From positions 224,001 through 288,000 of the forward strand of contig JBQTHB010000002.1 in NCBI GenBank assembly GCA_052390235.1: a stretch of DNA of 64,000 nucleotides, in the 5' to 3' direction. Below, in pieces: positions 11,207-21,796 of the stretch. The notes under the pieces were generated by a model. The model had not been told where the DNA came from. It made no database searches and saw nothing but the letters and a program-made list of their open reading frames with translations. Position 1 is the first letter of the stretch; each line of letters opens with the position of its first letter. The position numbers and the translations under genes are program-made. This DNA is from Deltaproteobacteria bacterium (GTDB lineage Bacteria; Desulfobacterota_D; UBA1144; Nemesobacterales; CSP1-2).

Positions 11207-11300
11207 TTCGCATTGGGGATAAATAACATGAGATTGTGTGTGATATATAGCGGCGCGCAGTCTCGAAGGATGTTGGTATCCACTCGCACTGAGGTATAAA

Positions 11301-12326
11301 ATGCGCGTAGCAATGTACTACAATAATAGAGACGTGAGGCTCGAGCAGATGCCGACTCCCCGCATCGGCCAGGGGGAGATTCTCATCCGCGCCCACGCAA
11401 GCGGCTTATGCGGAAGCGATCTCATGGAGTGGTATCGCCTCCCGAAAGCCCCGCTAGTTCTCGGACACGAGGTCTCAGGCGAGGTCGTCGAAGTCGGCGA
11501 GGGCGTAGAGAGATTCCGCCCCAAAGACCGCGTCATTGCCACTCATCACGTCCCCTGCAATACCTGTTATCACTGCCTGCGGGGGAATCACTCCTCCTGC
11601 GAGACGCTCCGCAAGACTCACTTCGACCCCGGCGGATTCTCTGAGTGCATCCGAATTCCCGCGATAAACGTGGACAGGGGCGTTCTCAAACTGCCAGATT
11701 CGGTGAGCTACGAAGAAGGCTCGTTCGTCGAGCCGCTCGGATGCGTCCTAAGAGGGCAGAGGCTCGCCCGCCTCAGGCAAGGCTCAAGCGCTCTCGTGAT
11801 GGGAAGCGGGATGACGGGGCTGCTGCACATTCAGCTTGCGGCGACCAATGGCGCGGGACGTATCATTGCAACCGACCTGAATGAATATAAACTCGCCTCC
11901 GCGCTCCGATTCGGCGCCGAGGTTGCCATTAACGCAAGGGACGACGTTCGCAGGAGGCTAATTGAGGCAAACGACGGCAGGCTCGCCGATTTTGTAGTCG
12001 TCTGCACGGGGGCGAAGGCGGCTGTGGAGCAGGCATTCGGTCTTGTCGAGCCGGGCGGCACGATTTTATTCTTCGCTCCGTCCGACCCCGGAGCCGAGAT
12101 TTCCATCCCGTTTAACGAGCTGTGGTGGAAGGGCGTTACGACGACCTCTTCCTACGCCGCCGCGCCGGAGGATTTAGCCCTAGCCCTTGAACTCATCCGA
12201 GCCGGGCGCGTGAGGGTGGCAGATATGGTTACGCACCGCCTGCCGCTTGCCGAGACCGGGCGCGGATTTCAAATCGTGGCGGCATCCGGGGATTCCATTA
12301 AGGTCGTCATCGAACCGCAGAGATGA
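11301..12326 (+). CDS. Zinc-dependent (MDR) dehydrogenase
   Basis: GLCGSD, GHE, CxxCxxC...C structural zinc, GSGMTG. Confidence 0.92.
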   Translation: MRVAMYYNNRDVRLEQMPTPRIGQGEILIRAHASGLCGSDLMEWYRLPKAPLVLGHEVSGEVVEVGEGVERFRPKDRVIATHHVPCNTCYHCLRGNHSSCETLRKTHFDPGGFSECIRIPAINVDRGVLKLPDSVSYEEGSFVEPLGCVLRGQRLARLRQGSSALVMGSGMTGLLHIQLAATNGAGRIIATDLNEYKLASALRFGAEVAINARDDVRRRLIEANDGRLADFVVVCTGAKAAVEQAFGLVEPGGTILFFAPSDPGAEISIPFNELWWKGVTTTSSYAAAPEDLALALELIRAGRVRVADMVTHRLPLAETGRGFQIVAASGDSIKVVIEPQR

Positions 12327-12392
12327 GATACCAAAGTGCGGCGCGCGCTTCTGTGTTGAACCCGCCGCCTAAACAATTTACAATCCCTCCCG

Positions 12393-14801
12393 ATGTCAAG
12401 AGTCGTCCAAGTCGCAGTACCCATACCCGGCGAGAGCGTTTTTCACTACTCCGTCCCCGCGCATCTCGAAGATGGGGCAGAGATAGGAAAGCGCGTTTCC
12501 GCCCCCTTTGCGCGCGGTAGAATCATAGGGTTTATCGTGGGATACGACCCTCCGCCCGAAGGGATGCCGCTTAAGGAGATAATTGACGTTCTCGACGAAG
12601 AGCCGCTCCTAGGCGTATCGAGGCTTGAGTTTCTGCGGTGGATTTCAAATTACTATATCTGCTCCCTTGGGATTGTACTCAAAGCCGCTCACCCGGCGGG
12701 GCTTGGGGTACGCCTCGCAAAAACCCTGAAAATCACCCCCCTCGGCGAGTACGCAATTGACTGGAGCGTTATCTCCAGCACGGAGAGGTTCGTTCTCAAA
12801 ACCCTGCTTGCCTCAAAAAACGTCTCTCTATTGAGAATAATGAACCTAGTCGAGGGCTTGACTCACAATCAAATACACTCTCTGCGGCGGCGCAAATTAA
12901 TCGAATTCGACTATGCAATAAAATCCGACGCGAAAATAAAGTATGAAAAAATCGTCTCCGCAGGGGATAACGCCCCGGATGAGAAATTCATCAGGAGAAA
13001 TTACGCCAAAGCCGAAATCCTGAAATTCCTCGGCTCTCATGGAGAAGTACCCTATTCAATTCTGGAGGAGATTTTCGGCAACTCCTACTCGCACATTCAA
13101 AAACTGCAGGACTTGGGCTTTGTCAACGTCTCTGAGAGGGAGATTTCAAGAGACCCGTTTGCGCACATTCCAGCCGCTCTCGAAACCCCTCTCCCGCTCA
13201 ATCTGACGCAGGAATCCGTACTCGGCGAAATCGAAGAGGCGATTCGAGGCGGAGACTTTGCCCCATTTCTCCTCCACGGCGTTACGGGGAGCGGGAAGAC
13301 CGAGATTTACCTCCGCGCAATTGACGAAGCGATTAAGCTCGGCAGAGAGGCTCTCGTGCTTGTGCCTGAAATATCCCTCACCCCTCAGCTCGTAAAGCGA
13401 TTTCGAGCGAGATTCGGCGCGGAGGTCGCCGTCATCCACAGCGCGCTCGGCGATGGGGAGCGGTTTGACGCATGGCGGCAGGCGGCGCGCGGAGAGGTCA
13501 AAATCGTCATTGGGGCGAGGTCTGCGATTTTTGCTCCGCTCACAAACCTAGGCGTTATTGTGATAGACGAAGAGCATGAAACCTCCTATAAACAAGAGGA
13601 ATCCCCCTGTTACAACGCCCGCGACCTATCGCTCGTCCTCGGCACAATGACAAATTCTGTCGTGATACTCGGCTCGGCGACCCCGTCGGCTGAATCCTAT
13701 GCCAACGCCATGAGGGGGAAATTTAAATACCTGTCTATGCCGCATAGAGTTCTCGACAGGCAAATGCCCTCGGTTCAGGTGATTGACATGAGAATCGCGA
13801 AGGGGCGGCTTCTGTCAGCGGCTCTGCGCGAGGAGATGGTAAAGAATTTTGAGCGCGGCAGGCAGACGATTCTCTTTCTCAACAGGAGGGGCTTTTCCAC
13901 TATCGTAATTTGCGAGGCTTGCGGCGAGATTCAAACCTGTCCCAACTGTAGCGTCCCCCTTGCCTACCACGCTACCGACGACACGATGAGATGCCACTGG
14001 TGCGCGGGTTCGGAGATGTATGCGGGGAAATGCCCAAAATGCGGCGGCGCAATGAAAAAGCTCGGCTTCGGCACCCAGAGAATCGAGGATGAAGCGCGGC
14101 GGATACTGCCTCAGGCCAGAGTCGCCCGAATGGACGGCGACGCCATCACCGGTAAGAGCGATTTATTTAATTTTTACCGGAGGCTTGAGAGCGGCGAAAT
14201 TGACGTACTCGTCGGCACGCAGATGGTAGTCAAGGGGCATGACCTTCCGGGGGTAACGCTTGTAGGGGTGGTTTCCGCAGATCAGGCTCTTGGAATGTCG
14301 GATTTCAGGGCGGGGGAGCGGACATTTCAGCTTATCACTCAAGTTGCGGGGCGGGCAGGGAGGGGAGATGAGCCGGGGCTTGTGATGGTGCAGACGTTTA
14401 ACCCGGAGCATCCGAGCGTTAAATTCGCCGTCAGCCAAGATAGCCTGGGCTTCCTAGCCGAGGAGTTGGAACTGCGCGAGGAACTGGGCTATCCTCCGTT
14501 CTCAAGGCTCGTGAATCTGAGATTTCTGGGAAAAACCAACGCCCGAACCGCCGAAGTCGCCAACGAATGCGCCGCCGCCGCAAGGTCGCTTGCGGGGAAG
14601 CTCCCCGCAGGCTCGGTGAGGATTTTGGGCCCCTCTCCATCGCCGGTGAATAGAGTTAAAAACCGCTTCCGCTGGCAGATGCTGCTTAAATCTGAGAATA
14701 TAGCCCTACTCCACAGGGTCTCGAAAAAGCTCCTCGACGTTGCATCTAAGTTCTCAGGGGTGAGGGTTACGGCGGATGTTGACCCCTTTGGATTTGTCTG
14801 A
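12393..14801 (+). CDS. priA: Primosomal protein N' (replication restart helicase)
   Basis: HGVTGSGKTE, DEEH, Cys-rich zinc knuckles, QVAGRAGR, C-terminal DVDP. Confidence 0.97.
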   Translation: MSRVVQVAVPIPGESVFHYSVPAHLEDGAEIGKRVSAPFARGRIIGFIVGYDPPPEGMPLKEIIDVLDEEPLLGVSRLEFLRWISNYYICSLGIVLKAAHPAGLGVRLAKTLKITPLGEYAIDWSVISSTERFVLKTLLASKNVSLLRIMNLVEGLTHNQIHSLRRRKLIEFDYAIKSDAKIKYEKIVSAGDNAPDEKFIRRNYAKAEILKFLGSHGEVPYSILEEIFGNSYSHIQKLQDLGFVNVSEREISRDPFAHIPAALETPLPLNLTQESVLGEIEEAIRGGDFAPFLLHGVTGSGKTEIYLRAIDEAIKLGREALVLVPEISLTPQLVKRFRARFGAEVAVIHSALGDGERFDAWRQAARGEVKIVIGARSAIFAPLTNLGVIVIDEEHETSYKQEESPCYNARDLSLVLGTMTNSVVILGSATPSAESYANAMRGKFKYLSMPHRVLDRQMPSVQVIDMRIAKGRLLSAALREEMVKNFERGRQTILFLNRRGFSTIVICEACGEIQTCPNCSVPLAYHATDDTMRCHWCAGSEMYAGKCPKCGGAMKKLGFGTQRIEDEARRILPQARVARMDGDAITGKSDLFNFYRRLESGEIDVLVGTQMVVKGHDLPGVTLVGVVSADQALGMSDFRAGERTFQLITQVAGRAGRGDEPGLVMVQTFNPEHPSVKFAVSQDSLGFLAEELELREELGYPPFSRLVNLRFLGKTNARTAEVANECAAAARSLAGKLPAGSVRILGPSPSPVNRVKNRFRWQMLLKSENIALLHRVSKKLLDVASKFSGVRVTADVDPFGFV

Positions 14802-14832
14802 CGAGGCGGGGTGATGGACTCAGACAGAGAAG

Positions 14833-14910
14833 TGGCGTCCCCGACGGGATTTGAACCCGTGTTACCGCCTTGAAAGGGCGATGTCCTAGGCCAACCTAGA
14901 CGACGGGGAC
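14833..14910 (-). tRNA. tRNA-Glu(TTC)
   Basis: GTCCCCGTCGTCTAG...CT-TTC-AA...GGTTCAAATCCCGTCGGGGACGCCA; CCA encoded. Confidence 0.97.
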
Positions 14911-14920
14911 ACACTCAATA

Positions 14921-14994
14921 TGAGCCGTACAGGATTCGAACCTGTGACCCACTGCTTAAAAGGCAGTTGCTCTACCAAGCTGAGCTAACGGCTC
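14921..14994 (-). tRNA. tRNA-Lys(TTT)
   Basis: GAGCCGTTAGCTCAG...ACTGC-CTTTTAA-GCAGT...GGTTCGAATCC; CCA not encoded. Confidence 0.97.
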
Positions 14995-15122
14995 AAATTA
15001 GGTCATAAAACATATCACGGGATAGGGGTTTGTCAAAAATCTGAGGGTTGCTTGTTGAAGCGCCGGCGTGGTGTAGAATCAAACCCCGATATTCAATATT
15101 ATTTCTCAAGGTGAATCATCGG

Positions 15123-16286
15123 ATGATAGATGGACTTGACGGCGCGGCGCGGAGGAATTTTACCCTCGTTACAATAGCGAATTTCTTGTTTTTCTGCTGT
15201 TTTTCCTCATTTTTTCTTCTCCCCATCTATATAACGCGCCTCGGAGGGGACGAAGCCCGAATTGGGTTTATCATGGGTTCGTTCGGCGTAACCTCGATAG
15301 CCTCGATACCGCTTGTGGCTTTTTTGATAGACAGATTCGGGCGGCGCAGATTCATGCTACTGGGCGCGTCGCTGATGCTCGCCTCCTCGCTTGGATACCT
15401 GCTCGTTACCGAGCTGAATTATCTCCTCTACGCCCTTAGACTCGCCCAGGGCGTGGGATTTGCCTTCTTCTTTACCTCCGCAGGCACTGCCGCCGCCGAC
15501 TTTGTGCCTGAATCCCAAAGAGGCAGGGGGCTGGGGCTATTCGGAGCGTTTACGATAGCCTCTTACGCGCTTGGGCCATCGGCCGGGGAGCTAGTCATTG
15601 AGAGCTTCGGATTCCGCTCGTTTTTCATCTATGCAAGCTCGTTCGCCGCGGCTGCGTTGCTCATCACGTTGCTCGTGAAAGACGCCTCGTTTACCCCCTC
15701 TAAAGACCGCTATGGCACGGGATTTTTTAGATTAGCCCTCTCCCGCAGGCTCGCCGTGCCGCTTCTGGCAAATCTCATACTTGCCGGCGGGTTTGGCTCG
15801 GTGCTCAATTTTATCTCGGCGTATCTGAAGCCCAAAGGGGTTGACGTTTTCTATTTCTTTCTCACCTACACGATAGTGGTAGCCGCCATAAGGCTGTGCG
15901 TCGGGGGGATTTCGGATAAATTGGGGAGGAAGAAAATCGCCGCGCCGAGCCTGTTTTTTCTCTCGATAGCGATAGCTTCGATGACTCTAATGGACTCTGT
16001 TTACTCGACTATATTGATTTCCCTTGTCTTCAGCGCGAGCTACGGGATGCTCTATCCCACGTTGAGCGCCCTTGTGATAGACAAAGCGGCGTCCGACGAA
16101 AGGGGCAAGGCGATGGGGGCTTTTAACGCCTGCTTCAGCGTCGGGACTAATATCCTAACGCTCGGATTCGGGCTTATAGCAAGGCGCTTCGGGTTCGAGG
16201 GGATGTACATCGCTTCGGCCGCCCTCGTGTTTGCGGGGTTTTTAATTTTCATGGTTTTTGAGCGCGGCGATGATTGCGAGAGATAG
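15123..16286 (+). CDS. MFS transporter
   Basis: About 12 hydrophobic segments, DRFGRR and DKLGRK motif A loops; start moved to ATG 15123. Confidence 0.93.
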   Translation: MIDGLDGAARRNFTLVTIANFLFFCCFSSFFLLPIYITRLGGDEARIGFIMGSFGVTSIASIPLVAFLIDRFGRRRFMLLGASLMLASSLGYLLVTELNYLLYALRLAQGVGFAFFFTSAGTAAADFVPESQRGRGLGLFGAFTIASYALGPSAGELVIESFGFRSFFIYASSFAAAALLITLLVKDASFTPSKDRYGTGFFRLALSRRLAVPLLANLILAGGFGSVLNFISAYLKPKGVDVFYFFLTYTIVVAAIRLCVGGISDKLGRKKIAAPSLFFLSIAIASMTLMDSVYSTILISLVFSASYGMLYPTLSALVIDKAASDERGKAMGAFNACFSVGTNILTLGFGLIARRFGFEGMYIASAALVFAGFLIFMVFERGDDCER

Positions 16287-16538
16287 GCAGTAAATAATTC
16301 GAGATGCGAGGCAGCCGCTCCAGTGAATCGGTTGGGCAGGAGGCGGAAATAACTGTCCTCCGCGCTGATAACAGGAATTGGCGGCAATCCTGCAAAGTAA
16401 ATCCCAAATCGCCATACTCGCCCTCCGAGTCCAAATCGAGCAATCTATTCACCAACTCTTGACATATAGTCTCTATCTGATAATTTAGTATAATCAAAAA
16501 TACAAATTATGAAATGCTAAATAACTGAGGAGAGAGAT

Positions 16539-17312
16539 ATGAAACACATCAAATTGTATCACCTAGCGCTTTTAGGTTTTTTATGCCTGATTGACTCTGA
16601 CCTCGCGCGCGCCGTCGGCGGGATTTCAAACAGCAAAGTAGTGGTACCCTCGGCTGATACCGTTGAGGGGGGGAGGTTTGAATTTGAGCCTTTCTTCGGG
16701 CTTGGATTCTTAGACGATTCGGATGACACCTCCGAGTTCATAGCCGGGGCGAGATTTACTCTTGGCGCGCTGGATACCCTTGAAATTGGGGCAAATGTCG
16801 GATTTCTCGTGATAAGCGACACTGACTCTGGGGGCAGGGAAGAGGATTTCGGCGATATTGAGACGGGGGTTAAATTCAGATTCATCGAGCAGAGCGAATC
16901 CACGCCGTTCTCCCTTGCCTATCAGGGCGGCTTCTCGATTCCCACAAGCGGCGAGGGCGCGCCTTGGGTGTTTGAGCCTGCGGGGCTGATTCTAACCAAA
17001 AATTTCGATGAGAAGCTCTCGATGGACGCGGACGTCGTCCTTTTCCTAGTCGAGGACGATAGCGCCGGTTTCGTAGCGGAGTTGGGATTTGGCTACTTTA
17101 TCACTCCGCGCTTTCAACCTGTGATAGAGGCGGGCTTTGTCTATGAAAATCCCGACTCAGGACAGAGCGCCTCGGTTCTCAATTTAACCGCCGGGTTCAC
17201 GGCGCCTGTATCGGAGCGTCTCACCGTGATTCTAGGCGTAACCCAGGACATCTATACCAATAACGCCGACGATGCAACTGAGCTTACCGCCGCCTTCACT
17301 TTCCTCTTTTGA
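16539..17312 (+). CDS. Outer-membrane beta-barrel protein (MetA-pathway/transporter-like)
   Basis: Signal peptide, amphipathic strands, GDIETGVKFR, terminal Phe. Confidence 0.75.
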   Translation: MKHIKLYHLALLGFLCLIDSDLARAVGGISNSKVVVPSADTVEGGRFEFEPFFGLGFLDDSDDTSEFIAGARFTLGALDTLEIGANVGFLVISDTDSGGREEDFGDIETGVKFRFIEQSESTPFSLAYQGGFSIPTSGEGAPWVFEPAGLILTKNFDEKLSMDADVVLFLVEDDSAGFVAELGFGYFITPRFQPVIEAGFVYENPDSGQSASVLNLTAGFTAPVSERLTVILGVTQDIYTNNADDATELTAAFTFLF

Positions 17313-17480
17313 TTGAACGCTCTCTCTGGCGCGTCCTCCCCATTCGACTCGGCTGCCAAGGGTTTGTCGGAGAGGGGAGGGCGGGCAGTAATCAAATCAC
17401 TTCGGCTTATATCGCAAATCCGCATCTTCTCGAACCCTAGCGAATTTGGATGAGGCGGATAATTCATATATGATTTAGCG

Positions 17481-18074
17481 ATGATGACGGCACGGCGCGC
17501 GGTAATCGAGAGAAAAACCTCCGAGGTTTGCGTTTCAGTCGAGATAAACCTCGACGGGACTGGGCGGTACGATATTGAAACCGGAATTCCGTTCTTCAAT
17601 CATATGCTCGCCCAATTTGCTAAGCACGGCTACTTTGACCTCGCTCTAAGGGCAGAGGGCGACACCGAGATAGATTTCCACCACACGGTCGAAGACGTTG
17701 GACTTGCCCTTGGGGAGGCGTTCCTCAAAGCGCTCGGCGATAAAAAGGGGATTTCGAGATTCTCTGAGGCCATCCAGCCGTTCGATGAAACCCTCGTACA
17801 GGTTGCGGTTGACCTCTCGGGGCGGGCGTATTTTATCTATCGGGCGGATATGCCCAAGGGCAAAGCCGGGGATTTCGATGTTGAACTTGCCGAGGAGTTT
17901 TTTAAATCCCTTGCCTCGACCCTGAGATGCAATCTCCATATTGAACTGCGCTACGGGGGGAATCTCCACCACATTTTGGAGGCGATGTTCAAAGCAACGG
18001 GGCGCGCCCTCGACAGAGCCACTAGAATTGATGCCCGCGCCGCAGACGTTCCCTCGACCAAGGGGACGCTCTAG
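17481..18074 (+). CDS. hisB: Imidazoleglycerol-phosphate dehydratase
   Basis: FFNHML, HHTVED, NLHHILEAMFK, PSTKGTL. Confidence 0.97.
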   Translation: MMTARRAVIERKTSEVCVSVEINLDGTGRYDIETGIPFFNHMLAQFAKHGYFDLALRAEGDTEIDFHHTVEDVGLALGEAFLKALGDKKGISRFSEAIQPFDETLVQVAVDLSGRAYFIYRADMPKGKAGDFDVELAEEFFKSLASTLRCNLHIELRYGGNLHHILEAMFKATGRALDRATRIDARAADVPSTKGTL

Positions 18075-18143
18075 GGGCTTGGAAAACCCGATGCGAACCC
18101 CCGCTCCCTGAGACTTCATGAATCCAGACCGGAGACTCTCATA

Positions 18144-18791
18144 ATGATAGCCATAGTTGACTACGGAATGGGCAATTTAAGGAGCGTTGCCAAGGCTTTT
18201 GAGATGCTCGGAGTTTCTGTCTGCGTTACGCGCGATGCTGGGCGGATTCTCGACTCAGACGGGCTTGTGGTTCCGGGAGTCGGCGCATTCGGCGATTGCA
18301 TGAACAATCTGAGTGAATTCGGATTGGCTGGCCCGATAAGAGAGTACGCCCTCGCTGGGAAGCCGTTTCTGGGGATATGCCTCGGGCTTCAGCTTCTGTT
18401 TGATGGGAGCGAAGAGTCGCCGGGGGTTTCGGGGCTTGGGATATTGGGCGGGCGCGTGGTGAGATTCGAAAAAATCCGCAGCGACCTAAAAATCCCCCAC
18501 ATGGGCTGGAATCGGGTTCTAGCGGAGCGGGAAATCCCGATGTTGACGGGGATTCCTTCGGGAAGCCGGTTTTATTTCGTCCACTCCTTCTACGCTCAGC
18601 CCGAGGACAGCGGGCTGGTCGCGCTCACTACGGGCTACGGCGTGCAATTCGCCTCAGCCGTGCAGAGGGGAAACCTATTCGCCTGCCAGTTTCACCCGGA
18701 GAAAAGCGGCCCGCTGGGGCTGAGGGTGCTTGAGAATTTTGCCCTCCTGTGCGGCGAGGCATCGCCAGTTAAGGCTTTGCGGGTTCGTTGA
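18144..18791 (+). CDS. hisH: Imidazole glycerol phosphate synthase glutaminase subunit
   Basis: DYGMGNLRS, PGVGAF, GICLGLQ, QFHPEKS. Confidence 0.97.
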   Translation: MIAIVDYGMGNLRSVAKAFEMLGVSVCVTRDAGRILDSDGLVVPGVGAFGDCMNNLSEFGLAGPIREYALAGKPFLGICLGLQLLFDGSEESPGVSGLGILGGRVVRFEKIRSDLKIPHMGWNRVLAEREIPMLTGIPSGSRFYFVHSFYAQPEDSGLVALTTGYGVQFASAVQRGNLFACQFHPEKSGPLGLRVLENFALLCGEASPVKALRVR

Positions 18792-20814
18792 TAATTATCT
18801 CGCTTCCGTAAATTGTCTTATAAGCCCCGTAGCTCCTCAGCACCCGCCTTACGTAAGCCCTTGTTTCTGAGAACGGTATTTCCTCGGCGAATTCGTCCAT
18901 GTCCATACCGGCGAATCTCACAATCCACGAATCCATGTTGCCGGGTCCGGCGTTGTAGCTCCCAACGGCGTATTGTAGGTTTCCCTCAAATCTATCCAGC
19001 ATTTTCTTCAGATATGACACGCCGAGTTCAATATTAAATAGCGGCGTGTAGAGCAGGTCGGTTGAGTAGCTCGCGATGCCTACCTCGCCGGCGGCGCTTC
19101 TGCCCGTCGCTGGCATAAGCTGCATCAGCCCTATCGCCCCGGCGCGCGAGACGGCGTTTCTATCAAACCTGCTCTCTTCTCGGATGATGGAATAGGCTAG
19201 GAGTTCGTCCAGTCCGTGCTTTAGGGCAAACCTCTTCACGGCCGCGCCGAATCCCTTGGGATAGGAAATACGTCTGGCTTCGGGCAGGTCAATACCCTGA
19301 GCCAGAGCAATGGAGTCATAAAAATTATTGACCCGCGCCATGAGACAGGCTACGTGAAGCGTGTCCCGGCTCGACCCAGCCGCACGCCTCAGTTTTTTTA
19401 TCTCCAGGTCGGCGTCCTCGAATATGCCCAGTTCTATTAACAACTCCGCTTTAGTGGAATTTATCGAAGCCGAGGCATTTTTTGAAAGCTCCGGCGAATA
19501 GATTACCGGAGCATAGCCCGTTTTCACCTGAGCTAGATATGAGTAATAAGTCGGAGAATTCGCGCGCGCCAGGGTGTCGTAAATTGCGAGGGCTTCGGTG
19601 TGCCTCCCCTGCCGCTCTAGGATTTTCCCCTTCCAGTAGCTCGCCCTTGAGGCTTCAAATCCGGGGCTTGAGGCGATGATGGAGTTGAACGTGGCTATGG
19701 CTTCGGGGTAGCTCTTGCGTTTATAGTGAATCCAGCCGAGATTCCACGCCCCCTCGGCGTAGGACTTGCTCCCCGGATATTTTCTAATGAGCTGGTCGTA
19801 GAGTTCAATAGCCTTCTCCAGACTCGATGCGATTTGATAGAGCCTTGCGGCTATATATATCCCCTCGGCGGCGAGAGGGCTATCGGGGTAGAGCAGATAA
19901 ATTTGATAGTACGACTCGGCGGCGGCAATATCCCGTCCCTGCTTAGCCTTGATTTTTGCCGCCCAGAACAGGGACTCTGCCGATGGGATGAGCGATAGAA
20001 TTTTCTCGGCTTCGCCGTAGCGTCCGAGGTTGAAATTGCAGATGGCGGTCTTCATCCGCACGTCCTTGCTTTTTGACGATAGGCTCTCAAAATTTTTCAG
20101 CGCCGCCGCCCATCTCGATAGTTTATAGAGCCGCTCGCCCCTTAGCAGGTAGTCTCCCTCGCCGATGGCAAGAGGGAATCCGCCCGCGTTCGCAAGCCTT
20201 GCCGACGAGCCGTACGCGCCGTCTGCAAGCGGGGACTCCGGCAACTCCACCCAAAGCCTCTTGTAGGCATCTGCCGCCTCTCTCCCCTTTCCCTGCCTCT
20301 CAAGCGCCTCCGCCAGATTATTTAGGAACATCGCCTTCGAGGCAGAATCTGGCTCGTCTGCAAATAGGGCGCGGAAAACCCCCTCGGCTTTGGGGTAGTT
20401 CTGGGCGGCGGCATAGAGTTCGGCGAGCTTCACGAGGGAGCCGCGTCTCAGAGCGCTATCCGGGTATTCGGCTAGCGCTCTGCTAAATTCCGCCTCAGCC
20501 GCAGGGAAATTAAGTAGCCCGCTGTGCGCGACCCCGCGGTAGTAGATGGCGTAATCCCCAAGGAGCGGAAGCTCCCTCTCAAGCCCGGCGAGGACGGTCA
20601 GAGCCTCGGCGAATCTCGCGGTTTTGACCGAGCAATACCCCTGTGCGTACCGCTCGCGTGGGATTTCCCTCTGACCTCCCGATTCGAGAAGGCTCAGGCA
20701 ATTTATCTCCTCGGCGCGGGCGGGTTCGGCGGAAATCATGAAAATCGCCCAAATTAAAACTGTGAAAATCCCGACTGTAAGTCTCGGCTCGATTTTGAAT
20801 AATCTCCCGTGCAT
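18769..20814 (-). CDS. TPR-containing soluble lytic transglycosylase (Slt-like)
   Basis: Signal peptide, TPRs, IREESRF, GAIGLMQLMP, SYNAG, ETRAYV. Confidence 0.92.
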   Translation of the reverse strand: MHGRLFKIEPRLTVGIFTVLIWAIFMISAEPARAEEINCLSLLESGGQREIPRERYAQGYCSVKTARFAEALTVLAGLERELPLLGDYAIYYRGVAHSGLLNFPAAEAEFSRALAEYPDSALRRGSLVKLAELYAAAQNYPKAEGVFRALFADEPDSASKAMFLNNLAEALERQGKGREAADAYKRLWVELPESPLADGAYGSSARLANAGGFPLAIGEGDYLLRGERLYKLSRWAAALKNFESLSSKSKDVRMKTAICNFNLGRYGEAEKILSLIPSAESLFWAAKIKAKQGRDIAAAESYYQIYLLYPDSPLAAEGIYIAARLYQIASSLEKAIELYDQLIRKYPGSKSYAEGAWNLGWIHYKRKSYPEAIATFNSIIASSPGFEASRASYWKGKILERQGRHTEALAIYDTLARANSPTYYSYLAQVKTGYAPVIYSPELSKNASASINSTKAELLIELGIFEDADLEIKKLRRAAGSSRDTLHVACLMARVNNFYDSIALAQGIDLPEARRISYPKGFGAAVKRFALKHGLDELLAYSIIREESRFDRNAVSRAGAIGLMQLMPATGRSAAGEVGIASYSTDLLYTPLFNIELGVSYLKKMLDRFEGNLQYAVGSYNAGPGNMDSWIVRFAGMDMDEFAEEIPFSETRAYVRRVLRSYGAYKTIYGSEIIINEPAKP

Positions 20815-20822
20815 TGCTCTGG

Positions 20823-21635
20823 CTACCTCCTGATTGTTTTAGGGTCGAGCATATCTCTCAGTCCCTCGCCAAATAGGTTAAATGAAAACGCGGTGATAAA
20901 TATCGCTAGGCTTGGAAAAACGATGAGATGCGGAAATGTCCTCATCCCCTGCCATCCTGTGCTGGCAAGGGTTCCCCAGCTTGCGGCGGGCGGGGCTATG
21001 CCGAGTCCCAGAAAGCTCAGAGTGGACTCCGCCAATATCGCGTACGGGACTGAAAAGGCGAGGGTTACGATGAGCGGGCTTAGGATATTTGGGAAAATGT
21101 GGAAGAGAAAAATCCTTACGGGCGAGGCTCCCATGCTCCTTGCCGCCTCGATAAAAACGAGGGATTTTATTTGAATCACGCTCCCCCTAACGATCCTCGC
21201 CACCCTCATCCAAGCCGTAAACCCAAGCGACAGCGCTATTCCCTCGACCCCTCTGCCCACCAGAAGCGATATTAGAACGATGAGCAAGAGGTCTGGAAGG
21301 GAGTAGAATACGTCAACCACGCGCATCATTGCCTCGTCCGTCTTGCCCCCGGCGTAGCCCGATACCGCTCCGTAAGTCGTCCCGACAAATAGCGCGAGAG
21401 CCGCAGTTCCCAGGGCAACGGCAATCGAGACCCTAGCCCCAAACACAATCCGGCTGAAGAGGTCCCTGCCCTCCTGGTCAGTACCCATTGGGTGAGCGAG
21501 GCTCGGGGGGCTGAGCATATTCTCGAAATTCGTCTCGTCGTATCCAAAGCGGGTTATGTGGGGAGCGGCTAGGGCGATGCCTATAATAAGGGCGATGACA
21601 ATTCCTGAGATGATGACCTGTGCTTTTAGAAGCAA
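20823..21635 (-). CDS. Peptide ABC transporter permease (OppC/DppC-like)
   Basis: HPMGTDQEGRDL, EAARSMGA loop, ESTLSFLGLG, NLFGEGLRD; start uncertain. Confidence 0.92.
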   Translation of the reverse strand: MLLKAQVIISGIVIALIIGIALAAPHITRFGYDETNFENMLSPPSLAHPMGTDQEGRDLFSRIVFGARVSIAVALGTAALALFVGTTYGAVSGYAGGKTDEAMMRVVDVFYSLPDLLLIVLISLLVGRGVEGIALSLGFTAWMRVARIVRGSVIQIKSLVFIEAARSMGASPVRIFLFHIFPNILSPLIVTLAFSVPYAILAESTLSFLGLGIAPPAASWGTLASTGWQGMRTFPHLIVFPSLAIFITAFSFNLFGEGLRDMLDPKTIRR

Positions 21636-21796
21636 TTTCTGGGCTACTTCCTCGGTTCGGCTTATCGGATGCCGCTCGCGCCGATTGATAAATTTGCCGA
21701 GCTAATTCCCCTGAGTCAAGTGATACCCGCGGGGTTTTGGGGATGACGCCGCAGTGAGGGGAAGGGAATCTCCCGATTCGGCAACGAGTGGGGGGA

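Noticed and set aside
16480..16522. DtxR/MntR box upstream of the beta-barrel gene
   Set aside because: Only weak dyad symmetry in AT-rich DNA; not supportable without a matrix scan.
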